The notes beneath the pieces were generated by a model. It searched no databases. It was not told the origin of the DNA and saw only the letters and a list, made by a program, of their open reading frames with translations. A stretch of 64,000 nt of DNA from Acidimicrobiia bacterium. GTDB taxonomy: Bacteria; Actinomycetota; Acidimicrobiia; Spongiisociales; ZC4RG35. Both the position numbers and the translations under genes were made by a program. How positions within the stretch are numbered: the first letter of the stretch is position 1; each line of letters opens with the position of its first letter. The stretch covers positions 128,001-192,000 of the forward strand of contig OZ244034.1 in assembly GCA_965215185.1 (NCBI GenBank). The letters are read 5' to 3'. Below are positions 26,941-37,517 of the stretch, piece by piece.

Positions 26941-28517
26941 CTCCTCTTGAGAGCCCGGCCGGGGGTGGCGGAGGTACGGCGATGGTCGTCAACCACCGGG
27001 ACACCGTTGACGATCACGTGTGGGATGCCGGTCGGGAATTGACATGGGTCTTGCAGGGAGGCCGTACTACCCACGGTGTGGGGGTCGAACACTACGAGGT
27101 CCGCTTTGGCGTCGTCGCGGATGACGCCGCGGTCGCCGATGCCCAGCAGACCGGCGGGGTACGAGGTCATCTTGCGGATGGCCTCTTCCATGGTCATCAA
27201 ACCCTCATCTCTCGCCAGGCCCCCGAGCATCTTGGGGAAGGTGCCATAGCTTCGTGGGCTTGGTGCGGTGCCCACCAGCAGCGCATCGCTTCCAACCGCA
27301 CACAGGTCGTGGCTGAGGATGTGGCGCACCGTTTCCATGTTATTGGAGTCGTGGCCGACGTAAGAAAGGCCGAGGTTTTCGGCGATGAGCAGGTCACAGA
27401 GCGCCTCCAGCGGGTCGAGGCCCATCGCGGCGGCGATCTGGTCGAGAGGAACACCTTCGAATTGCCGGTAGTCGGGGTTCTCGAACCCGCTGAGGTGCCA
27501 GCCGGTGGGATTTCGCCAGCGGCTCTGCCGGGGATCTGTCTCCTCGCGCATCTTGGCTCGCGAGTCCGGACTGCCCAGGTGCTCGAACAGGCGGTCGGGT
27601 CCGCCGTTCTGAATCCACTCGGGAAGGGCGACCTGCGCCCGCGAGCCACCCTGGTTGTAGGGATAGGCATCGAACGACACCTGGAGACCTTCCTGGCGGG
27701 CCTCCTCGACGAGGCCCAGGAGCTCATGGAACTCGCCGTCCTTTTTGGAGAGCGACGCGTAGTGCGAGATATGCAATGCGGCGCCGGTGCGACGGGTGAT
27801 CTCGACCACCTCGTGGAACGGATCGGCGAAGGTGGCGCCCGCCCCGTAGCGCACATGCGACACGTGCATGGCGCCGTTCCGGGCCGCCACCTCGGCCAGC
27901 TCGGTGAGTTCGTCGATCTCGGCGAAACTGCCAGGGGGGTAGGTCAGTCCCGTCGAGAAACCGAATGCCCCCTGGTCGAGACCTTCCTGCAGTAACTGTC
28001 GCTGCACGGCCATGTCCTGGGCGGTGAGCTCGGCGTCATCCCAGCCGACGCTGGCCACCCGCAGCGGCGTGTTGCCGATGACATAGGCGATATTCACTGG
28101 TACCGACCTGTCGTAGAGATCGAGGTACTCGGCAACCGAACTCCACCTGAAGCCCGGCGGGCGGCGCCCGTCGAGCCCCGCGTTCATCACACTCCAGCCA
28201 TCGAGGTCGTCGGCGGACGGGAATGGGGCATAGGAGTTGCCATCGACGCCGATCAGCTCCGTGGTGACGCCCTGCCGGATCTTCGGCTCATGGGCCGGAT
28301 CGGCCAGGATCGCCATCGTCGAATGGGCGTGCATATCGATGAAGCCAGGGCATACGGAGAGGCCGCTCGCATCGATCACGCGACCGGCTTCCATACGGGT
28401 TGTGTCGCCGCGCAGGACGATGATCGTGTCTGCATCGACGCCGATATCCGCACTGATCCACGACGATCCGGTCCCGTCGTACACGCGGCCGCCGCGGATC
28501 AGCAGGTCGAGACTCAT
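26937..28517 (-). CDS. N-acyl-D-amino acid deacylase (D-aminoacylase) family
   Basis: PGFIDMHAHS, QGVTT, STGLTYPPG, DAYPY, GSDA and PRSYGTFP. Start trimmed to MSLDLLIRGG. Confidence 0.9.
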   Translation of the reverse strand: MSLDLLIRGGRVYDGTGSSWISADIGVDADTIIVLRGDTTRMEAGRVIDASGLSVCPGFIDMHAHSTMAILADPAHEPKIRQGVTTELIGVDGNSYAPFPSADDLDGWSVMNAGLDGRRPPGFRWSSVAEYLDLYDRSVPVNIAYVIGNTPLRVASVGWDDAELTAQDMAVQRQLLQEGLDQGAFGFSTGLTYPPGSFAEIDELTELAEVAARNGAMHVSHVRYGAGATFADPFHEVVEITRRTGAALHISHYASLSKKDGEFHELLGLVEEARQEGLQVSFDAYPYNQGGSRAQVALPEWIQNGGPDRLFEHLGSPDSRAKMREETDPRQSRWRNPTGWHLSGFENPDYRQFEGVPLDQIAAAMGLDPLEALCDLLIAENLGLSYVGHDSNNMETVRHILSHDLCAVGSDALLVGTAPSPRSYGTFPKMLGGLARDEGLMTMEEAIRKMTSYPAGLLGIGDRGVIRDDAKADLVVFDPHTVGSTASLQDPCQFPTGIPHVIVNGVPVVDDHRRTSATPGRALKRR

Positions 28518-29878
28518 GCCTGTCGTCCGAAACGTGCCAGGTACCGCCCGTTCTCCGGTCCAACCAGCTCGCCATCCGACATGACCACCGAGCCGCCGTG
28601 TACCACGAGATTCGGCATACCGCTGGTGGAGAGTGACTCGAATAGCGAGTACCCGGCACTGGGTTCGAGGTTGTCGTGGGTCAGCCGTACCTCGGGCTGT
28701 CCCTCCGCAATGACGACCAAGTCGGCATCCGAGCCTTCCGCCAGCACGCCTTTCTGCGGGTAGATTCCGTAGATCTGCGCGGCCCTCGTGGAGGTGACCT
28801 CGGCAAGTCGCTCGATCGTCAGCCGCCCCTTCTTGAACCCCTCGCTGAAGGCGAGAGGCAGCATGACGCCGGCGCCGGCGATGCCGCCGAAGGTGGCGTC
28901 GAGGATGTTGTCGGCGGCCAGCTTCACCTCCAGGCTCTTGGGTGAGTGGTCCGACGAGAGATGATCGATCCGGCCGTCGGCCAGAGCGTCCCATAGCTGA
29001 GGGAGGTGTTCGGGGTCTCGCAGCGGCGGACCGACCTTGCCCAACGGCCCGCGTTCGAGGACCTCGTCGTTGGTGAGCAACAGGTAGTGGATCTGCGTCT
29101 CGGCGGTCACCGAGCCTCCCGAGACCTTTAGCGCACCGAGCATTGCAGCCCCCGGCGCCGAGGTGCAATGTACGAAGTGGAGATGGCACCCGGTCAGTGC
29201 GGCGAACATCGCGGTGCGGTTCATGCCTTCGGGCTCCAGCTCCACCGGCTGGCTGCGCAGGAAACTCGCATTGATGACTCCCCGCTGGCGTTCGATCGCG
29301 TCGAGGTAGTCGATGGCGCCGCCGTTCTCGGCATGGACGAGGGTGATGCCGCCCACCGCCGCCGCCCGTTCCATGAGGAGGCAGATGGAGGCGTCGTCGA
29401 GCATCTGGCCCCGCTGAGCGTAGGCGACCATCGTCTTGAAGGAGCTGACGCCGACCTCGGCGCTTCGGGCAACCGTCCCTTCGATGTCGTCGCCGGGCAT
29501 GAACAAGGCGTTGATGAAGTAGTCGGTGGCGACGCCGTCACGCTCCCGCCCGATCTCGGCTTCGACCGCCTCGGCCACAGTGGTCGCTGGGGTTCGCTGT
29601 GCGTACGCGCCGATTGTCGTCACGCCTCCTCGCAGGGCTGCCCGCGCGGCCTGGTGCAGATCGTGCAGCAACGGCTCGCTGATGGAATACCCACCCAACG
29701 AGATGTGGACGTGAGGATCCACCGCCCCCGGCAGCACCCAGGCGCCGTTCACGTCGGCGATCGTCCTGCCTTCCAAGCCCGTTCCGATCTGGTGGATGAC
29801 ACCGTCCCGGAACGAGATGTCGCCCTCCACAACGCCGTCTGCGGTGACCAGACGTCCATTGCGAACGACTCCCATCAT
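28514..29878 (-). CDS. Cyclic amidohydrolase (dihydropyrimidinase/allantoinase-like)
   Basis: DPHVH, GGVTT, SFK, VHAEN, VHCTS, PPLR, SDH and GSDADLV. Confidence 0.88.
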   Translation of the reverse strand: MMGVVRNGRLVTADGVVEGDISFRDGVIHQIGTGLEGRTIADVNGAWVLPGAVDPHVHISLGGYSISEPLLHDLHQAARAALRGGVTTIGAYAQRTPATTVAEAVEAEIGRERDGVATDYFINALFMPGDDIEGTVARSAEVGVSSFKTMVAYAQRGQMLDDASICLLMERAAAVGGITLVHAENGGAIDYLDAIERQRGVINASFLRSQPVELEPEGMNRTAMFAALTGCHLHFVHCTSAPGAAMLGALKVSGGSVTAETQIHYLLLTNDEVLERGPLGKVGPPLRDPEHLPQLWDALADGRIDHLSSDHSPKSLEVKLAADNILDATFGGIAGAGVMLPLAFSEGFKKGRLTIERLAEVTSTRAAQIYGIYPQKGVLAEGSDADLVVIAEGQPEVRLTHDNLEPSAGYSLFESLSTSGMPNLVVHGGSVVMSDGELVGPENGRYLARFGRQA

Positions 29879-30621
29879 GCATCTCCCAGCCGGGCGGCGA
29901 TGCGTTTCCGGGTTGTGGCCGACGTGATCGCCTCCAACGAGGAAGCCCACGAATCTTCGTCCCATGGCATGTCCCCGAGCGCGTTCAGGTGCGCCTTCAT
30001 CGCAGCCAAGGCCGAGGCGTCAAGCGCGGCGATCTCCGCGGCAAGATCCATCGCGGCTGCGTCGAGGTCCTCGGGGGTGTGGACCGAACGGACGAAACCG
30101 ATCCGCTCGGCCTCTGCAGCAGTCAGCCGGCGGCCGGTCAACAGCATGTCGCTAGCCATCGATTCCCCGACCCCCCGCACCAGCCGAGCGATATCGCTTC
30201 GGGTGATGACTATCCCCAACGTCGCCGCCGGGATCGAGAACCAGGCCCGATCGGAGGCGATCCGAACATCGCAGGCCGCGGCAACCTCGGTCCCTGCCCC
30301 GACGGCGGCTCCGCTCACCACGGCAATGACCGGCTGCGGGCATGCCTCGATCGACGCCATCACCGACTCGACTCCTTCCAAGGACACTCGCACCGCGGCC
30401 GGGTCTGCGCCGCCGAACTGTTCGAGGTCGGCGCCGGCGCTGAACACCCGGTTACCGGTTGATGTCACCAGGACAACACGTACCGAGTCGTCCTTGGCGC
30501 ACTGGCTCATGAGGCCGGCCATCTCGGCCCACATCGGCGTCGACCAGGCGTGCTTGCGCTCCGGACGGTCAATGGTCACCCGGGCCACACCGCCATGGCG
30601 AGTCAGGCTTAGCTCGGACAT
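29875..30621 (-). CDS. Enoyl-CoA hydratase/isomerase family
   Basis: FSAGADL, GAAVGAG and ACDVRIA. Start trimmed to MSELSL. Confidence 0.88.
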   Translation of the reverse strand: MSELSLTRHGGVARVTIDRPERKHAWSTPMWAEMAGLMSQCAKDDSVRVVLVTSTGNRVFSAGADLEQFGGADPAAVRVSLEGVESVMASIEACPQPVIAVVSGAAVGAGTEVAAACDVRIASDRAWFSIPAATLGIVITRSDIARLVRGVGESMASDMLLTGRRLTAAEAERIGFVRSVHTPEDLDAAAMDLAAEIAALDASALAAMKAHLNALGDMPWDEDSWASSLEAITSATTRKRIAARLGDA

Positions 30622-31412
30622 CAGAACACCCCGCGGGTGGATGCGCCGTCGAGTTGGATTGCCGAGCCGGTAGCCGGGGCCGCGGCATCCGAGCAGAGAT
30701 AGGCGATCGCTTCGGCCACTTCCTCCGGGGTCGTGAAGCGACCGAGCGGGACCCTGTCGTCCAGGTAGGCGGCCCGGAACGCCTCGTTGGTCATGCCGGC
30801 GTCTGCGGCCCAGACCTCGATTGCGTCCTCCATGCGATCGGTCGTGGTCAGGCCGGGATTCACCGCCATCACTCGGATACCGTGCGGTCCGCACAACTCC
30901 GCCACCGACTTGGTGAAATGGAGCAAAGCGGCGTTCAGCGAGCCGAGCACGTAGGCTGGGGAGGCGAAGCGCCCGGCCATCCCGACGACGTTGACGATCA
31001 CACCGCCTCCGCCCTCCTTCATGATGGGGAAGACGGCCCGGGTGCACCGCACGTAGCCCATCAACTTCAAGTCGATCGAATACGACCAGTCGGCGTCCGT
31101 GACCATTTCGAGGCTGCCGAACGGCGAGGAGCCGGCGTTGTTGACCAAGACGTCGATCCCGCCGAGCGCATTGGCCGCTTCTTCTACTGTTCGATCCGGC
31201 ACCTCTGGCCGCGAGAGGTCGGCCACTATCGTCACCACCTTCACCCCGTGTGTCGAGGCGATGTGGGCTCGTGCTTCGGACAGCCGGGCCTCGTTGCGAG
31301 CCACGAGCGCCAGATTGACACCTTCGGCAGCCAGCCGATCGGCCGTGGCAAGACCGATGCCCGCGCTTGCGCCGGTGACAAGGGCACTGCGACCGCGCAG
31401 CCTTCGGCTCAT
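30621..31412 (-). CDS. Short-chain dehydrogenase/reductase (atypical active site)
   Basis: TGASAGIG, VNNAG and VNPG. YVLGSLNAAL in place of YxxxK. Confidence 0.88.
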   Translation of the reverse strand: MSRRLRGRSALVTGASAGIGLATADRLAAEGVNLALVARNEARLSEARAHIASTHGVKVVTIVADLSRPEVPDRTVEEAANALGGIDVLVNNAGSSPFGSLEMVTDADWSYSIDLKLMGYVRCTRAVFPIMKEGGGGVIVNVVGMAGRFASPAYVLGSLNAALLHFTKSVAELCGPHGIRVMAVNPGLTTTDRMEDAIEVWAADAGMTNEAFRAAYLDDRVPLGRFTTPEEVAEAIAYLCSDAAAPATGSAIQLDGASTRGVF

Positions 31413-31771
31413 ACGGGATCCTCAAACACCATCGTCTGGTTGTGGCTGAAGTTGACCCGGGGAGGAGAGAAGACCTCGATGGTGATTACCGGGTCGTCGG
31501 ACACCACCCGTCCACCGTGCTCGACGCCGGACGGGGCGTGGATCACCTGTCCGGGTCCGACGGTCCGTGTCTCGCCGTCCACCGTGAATTCGAGCTGTCC
31601 CTGCAACACGCAGATGATCTGCTCCTGGTGATGGGAGTGGAGGCCGAAGTCGGTTCCCGGCGCTATCTCGGCGCGAATCACCTGGAGGTCCTTGCCGGTG
31701 ACGTTCCACACGAAGTCGCCCGGAAACGCCTCGAACCCGTCCTGTTCGTTCCAATCGGTGAAACTGGCCAT
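31409..31771 (-). CDS. Cupin domain protein
   Basis: HSHHQEQ...G...P.GVEH cupin motifs. Start trimmed to MASFTDW. Confidence 0.88.
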   Translation of the reverse strand: MASFTDWNEQDGFEAFPGDFVWNVTGKDLQVIRAEIAPGTDFGLHSHHQEQIICVLQGQLEFTVDGETRTVGPGQVIHAPSGVEHGGRVVSDDPVITIEVFSPPRVNFSHNQTMVFEDPV

Positions 31772-31778
31772 GGCGCCC

Positions 31779-32549
31779 CTATTCGTAGTAGCCGTCTGGT
31801 GACTTGAGCGTGGTTTCCCACTGCTCGATGTCATGCGCCACCAGGATCGTTGCTCCGTCGCGGTCTTCGAAGCCTTTAAGCCGGGACAGCGACTTGATGG
31901 CTGCATACTCGTCGGTAGTCGTCGGCGGTGGGAGGCGCCGGTCGATCTGGTCCCGTCGATAGGCCGCATCGCCGGTGAGGACGTAGCGACCCGAGGGCAG
32001 GTCGACCACCAGCGATTGATGCCCCGGGGTGTGGCCGTCGGTCAGCACGGCATTAACACCCGGGACGATCTGGACATCGCCCTCGTGGTATCGATAGGTG
32101 ATCTCGGGCCGATCGAAGTCGTTGCGCACGAAGCCGGGCGCTCCGAACCGGTCCGGGAACTGGCCCCATCGACGCTCGGCTCGCTGCAGATGCACGGTGG
32201 CGTCGGGGAAGAATCGGATGCCGCCGGCGTGATCCATGTGCAGATGCGACACCACCACATGCGCGACGTCCGCTACCTCGATGCCCGCCTCGGCCAGGCG
32301 TGCCATCGGATGGTCGGCGTCTGACATCTCCATCCGGAACGCCTTCGCCAGCCGTCCCCACGTCGCCTCCGGATCGGTCGCTGCCGCCGGGTCGCTTCCC
32401 GTGTCGAACAACACCCAGCCGTCGTCGGTCTCGATTGCAAAGATGGCGATCGGGACCCCGACCTCGTCGTTCGACCCTCCCATCTTTGTTCGGAACTCGG
32501 CCAGGTAGCAGGTGCCGGTGGGCAGCACGAACATCTTACGAGCGGCCAT
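31779..32549 (-). CDS. Metallo-beta-lactamase-fold lactonase (AiiA/N-acyl-homoserine lactonase family)
   Basis: FDTG, SHLHMDHAGG, GHTPGHQS, GDAAY and AHD. Start trimmed to MAARK. Confidence 0.9.
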   Translation of the reverse strand: MAARKMFVLPTGTCYLAEFRTKMGGSNDEVGVPIAIFAIETDDGWVLFDTGSDPAAATDPEATWGRLAKAFRMEMSDADHPMARLAEAGIEVADVAHVVVSHLHMDHAGGIRFFPDATVHLQRAERRWGQFPDRFGAPGFVRNDFDRPEITYRYHEGDVQIVPGVNAVLTDGHTPGHQSLVVDLPSGRYVLTGDAAYRRDQIDRRLPPPTTTDEYAAIKSLSRLKGFEDRDGATILVAHDIEQWETTLKSPDGYYE

Positions 32550-33931
32550 TACACCACCGGCATCTTGTCGGGGGCAACGGTGATTACAGCGCCGCGGTGG
32601 CTCGTGCCCCGATCGACCTCGCCGTCCTCGTACAACACCTCGCCCCCGGCGATCGTCATGCGGGGCCAACCCCGCATCTGCATGCCCTCGTACGGCGTGT
32701 AGTCCGAGTGCCCGTTGAGCATGTCCGCGTCGATGGTGACCTCTTTGTCGAGGTCGATCATCACGAGGTCGGCGTCACTGCCGACTTGGATCGCCCCCTT
32801 GCGCGGTGATGCTCCCATGAGACGGGCGAAGTTCGCTGATGTCAGTTCGACGACCTTTTCGAGCGTCAGCCGTCCCTGGTTGACGCCTTCCGACAAGAGG
32901 ACGGGGAGGATCATGGTCATACTGCCGGGGAGACCAGGACCGACGTCCCAGATGTTGCCTTGGCGCGTCTGCAGGTCGTAGTCGCAGTGGTCGGACCCCA
33001 TCCAGTCGATGGTCCCATCCGCCAGGCCGGCCCACAACAGTTGCTGGTCGGCTTTCGTCCGAAGCGGCGGGTTGACTTTGCCCCACGTGCCCAGTGGCAT
33101 GTCCATGTCCAGCACAAGGTACTGCGGGCAGGTCTCCATGTAAAGGCGTGGGTAGCGGTTCCTCGCTGTGCGGATGAGTTCTGGGCCGCGGCCGACGCTG
33201 GTGTGGATCACACTGAGGGGGGCGCCGGCGTTCTCAGCGAGGATCGATGAGCGGATGATCGCTTCCTCTTCGGTGAAGTGGGGGCGGTGCCTGCTCCACG
33301 AGGCGGTGTCGGTGGCGTCGGGGTTGGCTGCGATCGCCAGTTCCCGGTTGTGGAGGATCACGTCGATGTTTTCGGCGTGGATGAGGGACATCACGCCGGG
33401 GCGAGAGGCCACCTGGCGCATGCCTTCGAAGATCAGTCCGTCGTCGAGCCCTTTGATCCCGTATGCGGCCTCGGGTCCCTTCATCGCCATGTGGAACTTG
33501 TACGAGGTAAGGCGCAGTTGATCGACCGTCTGGGGGATCTCGGAAACCTGCTGCGCGTTCGTGACCAGCCCGTGAAAGCCCACGTCAACGATGCTGTGTT
33601 CCTCGATCTCGTCGACATGCTGCTGGTGGTTGTCCTTGAAGGAACCGGGCGACAGCAGGTAGTGCCACATGGTGGTCACGCCCCCGGTCACGGCTGCCGC
33701 GCTCTCGGTGCGGCACGAGTCGGCAAACGATAGGATCACTCCGAGATGGACGTGTGAATCGATCAAGCCGGGCAGCACGTAGGCGCCGTCGGCATCGATT
33801 ACCCGGTCGGCGGAGGGCGCGTCGCCCGGCGGAAGGAGCGCCTGGATAACCCCATCGCTGCAAAGGACCGTGGCTCTTGTCTGGCCGGCCGGGCTGACCA
33901 GTGTGGCGTCTTTGACAGTTAGTGACGTCAT
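32549..33931 (-). CDS. Cyclic amidohydrolase (dihydropyrimidinase/allantoinase-like)
   Basis: DSHVH, GGVTT, SYK, IHAEN, ETCPQYL, KVNPPLR and GSDHC. Start trimmed to MTSLTV. Confidence 0.9.
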   Translation of the reverse strand: MTSLTVKDATLVSPAGQTRATVLCSDGVIQALLPPGDAPSADRVIDADGAYVLPGLIDSHVHLGVILSFADSCRTESAAAVTGGVTTMWHYLLSPGSFKDNHQQHVDEIEEHSIVDVGFHGLVTNAQQVSEIPQTVDQLRLTSYKFHMAMKGPEAAYGIKGLDDGLIFEGMRQVASRPGVMSLIHAENIDVILHNRELAIAANPDATDTASWSRHRPHFTEEEAIIRSSILAENAGAPLSVIHTSVGRGPELIRTARNRYPRLYMETCPQYLVLDMDMPLGTWGKVNPPLRTKADQQLLWAGLADGTIDWMGSDHCDYDLQTRQGNIWDVGPGLPGSMTMILPVLLSEGVNQGRLTLEKVVELTSANFARLMGASPRKGAIQVGSDADLVMIDLDKEVTIDADMLNGHSDYTPYEGMQMRGWPRMTIAGGEVLYEDGEVDRGTSHRGAVITVAPDKMPVV

Positions 33932-35262
33932 GTCTCGTACAGCTTCTCGATGAGTCGGACCTTCTCCCGTCCGGGTGATGGATATGTGCCAAAGGATACG
34001 ACCTCGACCTTTGCGTTGACCCTGCACATGTCGGAGATGGCTCGGGTCAGCTTCGAGCGAAGTTCGTGGTCGTCATCGGCGGACCTCTCCTCACCCCGTT
34101 CGATCCGGATGTGGAGGGGGCCGGGCCAGGTGTACTCGGGCTCGTGCTTGAGGATCCGGACGGCGCCGCTGGTGGCAGGTCGCATCCCCATGACGATGTC
34201 CTGGAGGGCGGTCGGGAAAAAGTTGACGCCCTTGATGATCAACAGGTCGTCGGTGCGCCCGTAACACTTGATCTTGGGGCTCGTCCGTCCGCACCGGCAT
34301 TCGGTGTCGAGCACCTCGACTATGTCGCTGTGCCGGAAGCGCAGCACGGGAGTCGCCGCCCGGTCCAGATGCGAGTACACCAACTCTCCCGTTGCTCCCG
34401 CCGTGATCTCCACCGGATCGCCGGCGTCGTCGACCAGCTCCCAGTAGACGAATTCGTGGGCAACGAAGTGCATGCCGCTTTGATCCTCACATTCCGCCCA
34501 CAGAACAGGTGAGAGGTCGGTGCCGCCCATCACTTCCCGCATCTGCGCTCCCCATAGCGCCTCTGCTTGTCGGCGGAACTCCGGGATGCCGCCCCCGGGT
34601 TCGCCGCCCACGTAGATCCGCTCGATCGACAGTTCCCGGGCGTCGACCCCTAACACATCCCGGGCCTGTTTGCCGAGGTATCGGGCGAAGTTCGGGGTGG
34701 CGACCAGCCCGGTTGGGCGCAGGTCGCTGATGGCATGGAGCAACCAGGTGGTTCCCGGCTCGGCGCCGGCCGGGATGCACGCTGCACCCAGGGCTTCGAG
34801 GCCCTGTACGACCGGCAGGCCACCCACCCAGCAGCGGGACATTCCCAGCCCCTGCAGCACCCGGTCACCCGGGCGGAAGCCATGGGCCCAGAAGGTTCGG
34901 CGGGTGATCTCGGCCCAGTTCGCCCGGTCGCGGGCGGTGAGCCCGACATAAGACGGTCGTCCGCTGGTCCCGGTTGATGCTTGGAATTGAACGACATCGC
35001 CTGGTTCGGCGGCGAGATGGTTCCCGAGCGGTGGGCTCGCCGCGATGGACTTGCGTATGTCCTCCTTGTGGGTGAACGGGACCCGATTCAGGTCTTCGAC
35101 CGACCTAACCGAGTCGGGGTCCAGGCCGGCGCCCCGCAGCTTCTCCTGATAGAAGGGTGAGCGCTCCCAGAGGTAGGCGAGTTGCGTGGTGAGGTGCTTG
35201 TTCTGGATCGTCCGGATCTCGGCCGGTGGCAAGCCCTCGATTGCCGCTCCGAGATCAACCAC
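33928..35262 (-). CDS. Phenylacetate-CoA ligase (PaaK) family acyl-CoA ligase
   Basis: SPFYQEKL, PFTHKED, STGTSGRP, GGEPG, CRCGRT and GRTDDLLIIKGVNFFP. Confidence 0.9.
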   Translation of the reverse strand: MVDLGAAIEGLPPAEIRTIQNKHLTTQLAYLWERSPFYQEKLRGAGLDPDSVRSVEDLNRVPFTHKEDIRKSIAASPPLGNHLAAEPGDVVQFQASTGTSGRPSYVGLTARDRANWAEITRRTFWAHGFRPGDRVLQGLGMSRCWVGGLPVVQGLEALGAACIPAGAEPGTTWLLHAISDLRPTGLVATPNFARYLGKQARDVLGVDARELSIERIYVGGEPGGGIPEFRRQAEALWGAQMREVMGGTDLSPVLWAECEDQSGMHFVAHEFVYWELVDDAGDPVEITAGATGELVYSHLDRAATPVLRFRHSDIVEVLDTECRCGRTSPKIKCYGRTDDLLIIKGVNFFPTALQDIVMGMRPATSGAVRILKHEPEYTWPGPLHIRIERGEERSADDDHELRSKLTRAISDMCRVNAKVEVVSFGTYPSPGREKVRLIEKLYET

Positions 35263-36259
35263 AGGGCACCGCCGTTGCGCGGTCGGTCAAGGCGGCGCCG
35301 AGTGCGACCACGGCGCCGGGTCCGAGCGCATGGTGAGCCACGACTCGGTCAAGGCCTGCATCCCCGAGGCGGGCCAGCCGTTTGGCCACATCGGCCGGAG
35401 TGCCGGCGACCGCCAGCCGGTCGACCAGATCGTCGGGTACAAGAGCGGCCGCAGCTTCGGCGCCGTCGCTCGCCTTCGTCTCTACGATTTGGGAGCGGAC
35501 GGCGAGAATCGCGTCGCGCGAAACATCGGTCCCGACCAGTCGCGCCGACACGTCGGGGATCTCCCCCAGGTAGTACGCGACGGATCGCCGCGCCACGTCC
35601 CTTGCGTCTGCCCGATTGTCGGCCACCGCGGTGAGCACCAGCGCGCCCAACGAGTAGTCGTCCCGGCCGCGTCCGGCTTTGGCCAGGGCCGCGTCGAGCA
35701 GTTCGGCGCTTGACTCGATGAATGTCGGCGAACACATTACCCCCAGCAGCGCCCCGTCGTAGTGGGCGGCCGACATCGCCAGCGATTGCGGACCCATCGA
35801 TCCGATGTAGATTGGTACCGGCGGCGGCCGAGAGGCGAGCTGGGCTCCGTTGTAGGCGGTGTCCCCGCTGAGGAGGGTGCGGGTGGCCGTGGCGGCATCT
35901 CGCAGGCCGGTCACCTGGTTGGCAGGGATGGTTCCGAGCCGTGATGCGCCGTGATGCGCCACCCCGTATCCGAGCGTGAATCGGTCGCCCCATCGCTCGG
36001 TGAGGGATGCCAGTTCCATCGCCACAGATGCCGGGTGGCGAATGAACGGACTCAGTACCCCAAAGCCGATCCTGACCGAGGACGTGGCCTCGGCGACTGC
36101 GGCGGCGATGGTGAACACACCCCGGTGGAAGTGTTGCTCGGCGATCCAGATTGTCCCGAACCCGCCCTGCTCTGTCGCCTGGGCCACGGCGACGATCTCA
36201 TCCACCGTCCGGCCATTGTCCAGGCCGACGTCGAAGCTCGGGGCAGATCGGACCGTCAT
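35255..36259 (-). CDS. LLM-class oxidoreductase
   Basis: [27 protein letters not shown] and VAGTP. Confidence 0.86.
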   Translation of the reverse strand: MTVRSAPSFDVGLDNGRTVDEIVAVAQATEQGGFGTIWIAEQHFHRGVFTIAAAVAEATSSVRIGFGVLSPFIRHPASVAMELASLTERWGDRFTLGYGVAHHGASRLGTIPANQVTGLRDAATATRTLLSGDTAYNGAQLASRPPPVPIYIGSMGPQSLAMSAAHYDGALLGVMCSPTFIESSAELLDAALAKAGRGRDDYSLGALVLTAVADNRADARDVARRSVAYYLGEIPDVSARLVGTDVSRDAILAVRSQIVETKASDGAEAAAALVPDDLVDRLAVAGTPADVAKRLARLGDAGLDRVVAHHALGPGAVVALGAALTDRATAVPCG

Positions 36260-37506
36260 GGTCTGGTAATGCGGGTCTCACCCCCGATCATGACCCGCTT
36301 GATCCTGTGACGTTCTTGGAGGATGCGGACGTCGTCGAGAGGGTTGCCGTCGATGATGAGCAGGTCGGCGACCTTACCCACCTGCAGCGTTCCGAAGTCG
36401 CCGTCGATCCGGAAGAATTCGGCGTTGCCTCTGGTGGTCGTGACGAGGGCATCCATGGTCGAGAGGCCGAGGCTGGTCTGAACCTCCAGTTCATAGGCCT
36501 CCTCACCGTGTGGATCGGCCGGCGTGCCGAGGAAGTCGGACCCGATGGCTCTCTTGACGCCGATCGACATAGCGCGGGGCAAGGTGTCGGCGTACGAATC
36601 GAGCGCCATCTTGCAGCGCTCCACGTACACCGGGTTGAGACCGAGATCGCCCCCGCGTTCGACCGCCCGCGCCAGATATCCCACGTTGGGATCCCACGTG
36701 ACATCATGACGCGCCATCATCTCGAGGGTCTCGTCATCGATCCAGTACCCGTGCTCGATCGAATCGGCCCCCGCCCCGATGGCGCGCTGCATACCGATGC
36801 ACGACTCCCCGATGAGGGTGTTGCTGTGGGCGGAGAGGAGAGCACCCACGTTGTGTGCGACATGGGCAGCGGCCTCGATCTCGGCCCCGGTCCACGCCGA
36901 CTCGGCGCGAATAAACGACGGATCGATGCCGCCGGTCACGCCGAGCTTGATGTCTGTCGCGCCGCCGCGAATCTGCTCGCGAGCCGCCTTGGCCACCTCG
37001 GCGACGCCATCGGCCAACCGGACGAATCCGGGAGGTTCGGGGCCTTGCATCCACTCGAGGCGGATGAACGGCAGGTCCGGGATCCCGCCGGTCTCAGCGA
37101 TGAACCGCCCGACCGCCCGCATGCGGGGACCATTGACCTTGCCTTCCTCGATCGCCTTCTTCAGCTCGAGGCTGTGATCGCTCCCGCAGTCCCGGATGAG
37201 CGTGTAGCCAGCGCCGAGGATTTCCTGGACCTCGATCGCCGAGCGGATCGCATGGAGCTTCGGTGACTCCATGGCCCACGACATGAAGTCGTACCCCTGG
37301 ATGCCGAACAGGTGGAGGTGGGCGTCGATGAGGCCCGGCAGCACATGCGCGCCGGCCGCGTCGATTACCTCGGCGCCCGCGGGAACCTCCACGTCGGCGC
37401 CGATGGCGGTAATGCGGTCGTCCTCGATGACCAGGCTGGCCGGGCCGTAGGGCTCGGCGCCTGTCCCGTCGAAGATCGACGCATTCGTGATTGCTGTGGT
37501 GCCCAT
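36256..37506 (-). CDS. Metal-dependent amidohydrolase (Xaa-Pro dipeptidase/carboxypeptidase-like subgroup)
   Basis: [11 protein letters not shown]...TGG, SAH, SIEHG, GSD and GKVADL..IDGNPL. Confidence 0.9.
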   Translation of the reverse strand: MGTTAITNASIFDGTGAEPYGPASLVIEDDRITAIGADVEVPAGAEVIDAAGAHVLPGLIDAHLHLFGIQGYDFMSWAMESPKLHAIRSAIEVQEILGAGYTLIRDCGSDHSLELKKAIEEGKVNGPRMRAVGRFIAETGGIPDLPFIRLEWMQGPEPPGFVRLADGVAEVAKAAREQIRGGATDIKLGVTGGIDPSFIRAESAWTGAEIEAAAHVAHNVGALLSAHSNTLIGESCIGMQRAIGAGADSIEHGYWIDDETLEMMARHDVTWDPNVGYLARAVERGGDLGLNPVYVERCKMALDSYADTLPRAMSIGVKRAIGSDFLGTPADPHGEEAYELEVQTSLGLSTMDALVTTTRGNAEFFRIDGDFGTLQVGKVADLLIIDGNPLDDVRILQERHRIKRVMIGGETRITRP

Positions 37507-37517
37507 GTGTGCCTCCT

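Noticed and set aside
28518-29189. Long N-terminal extensions in the ORF track (also 16051-16215, 30622-31425, 40103-40681, 12499-13047)
   Set aside because: They are alternative-frame overlaps with real neighbouring genes. Coupled starts next to upstream stop codons, or the start of family similarity, explain the true boundaries.
33928-35262. Phenylacetate catabolism (paa) cluster
   Set aside because: Only the ligase family is present. paaABCDE, paaZ and thiolase genes are absent.
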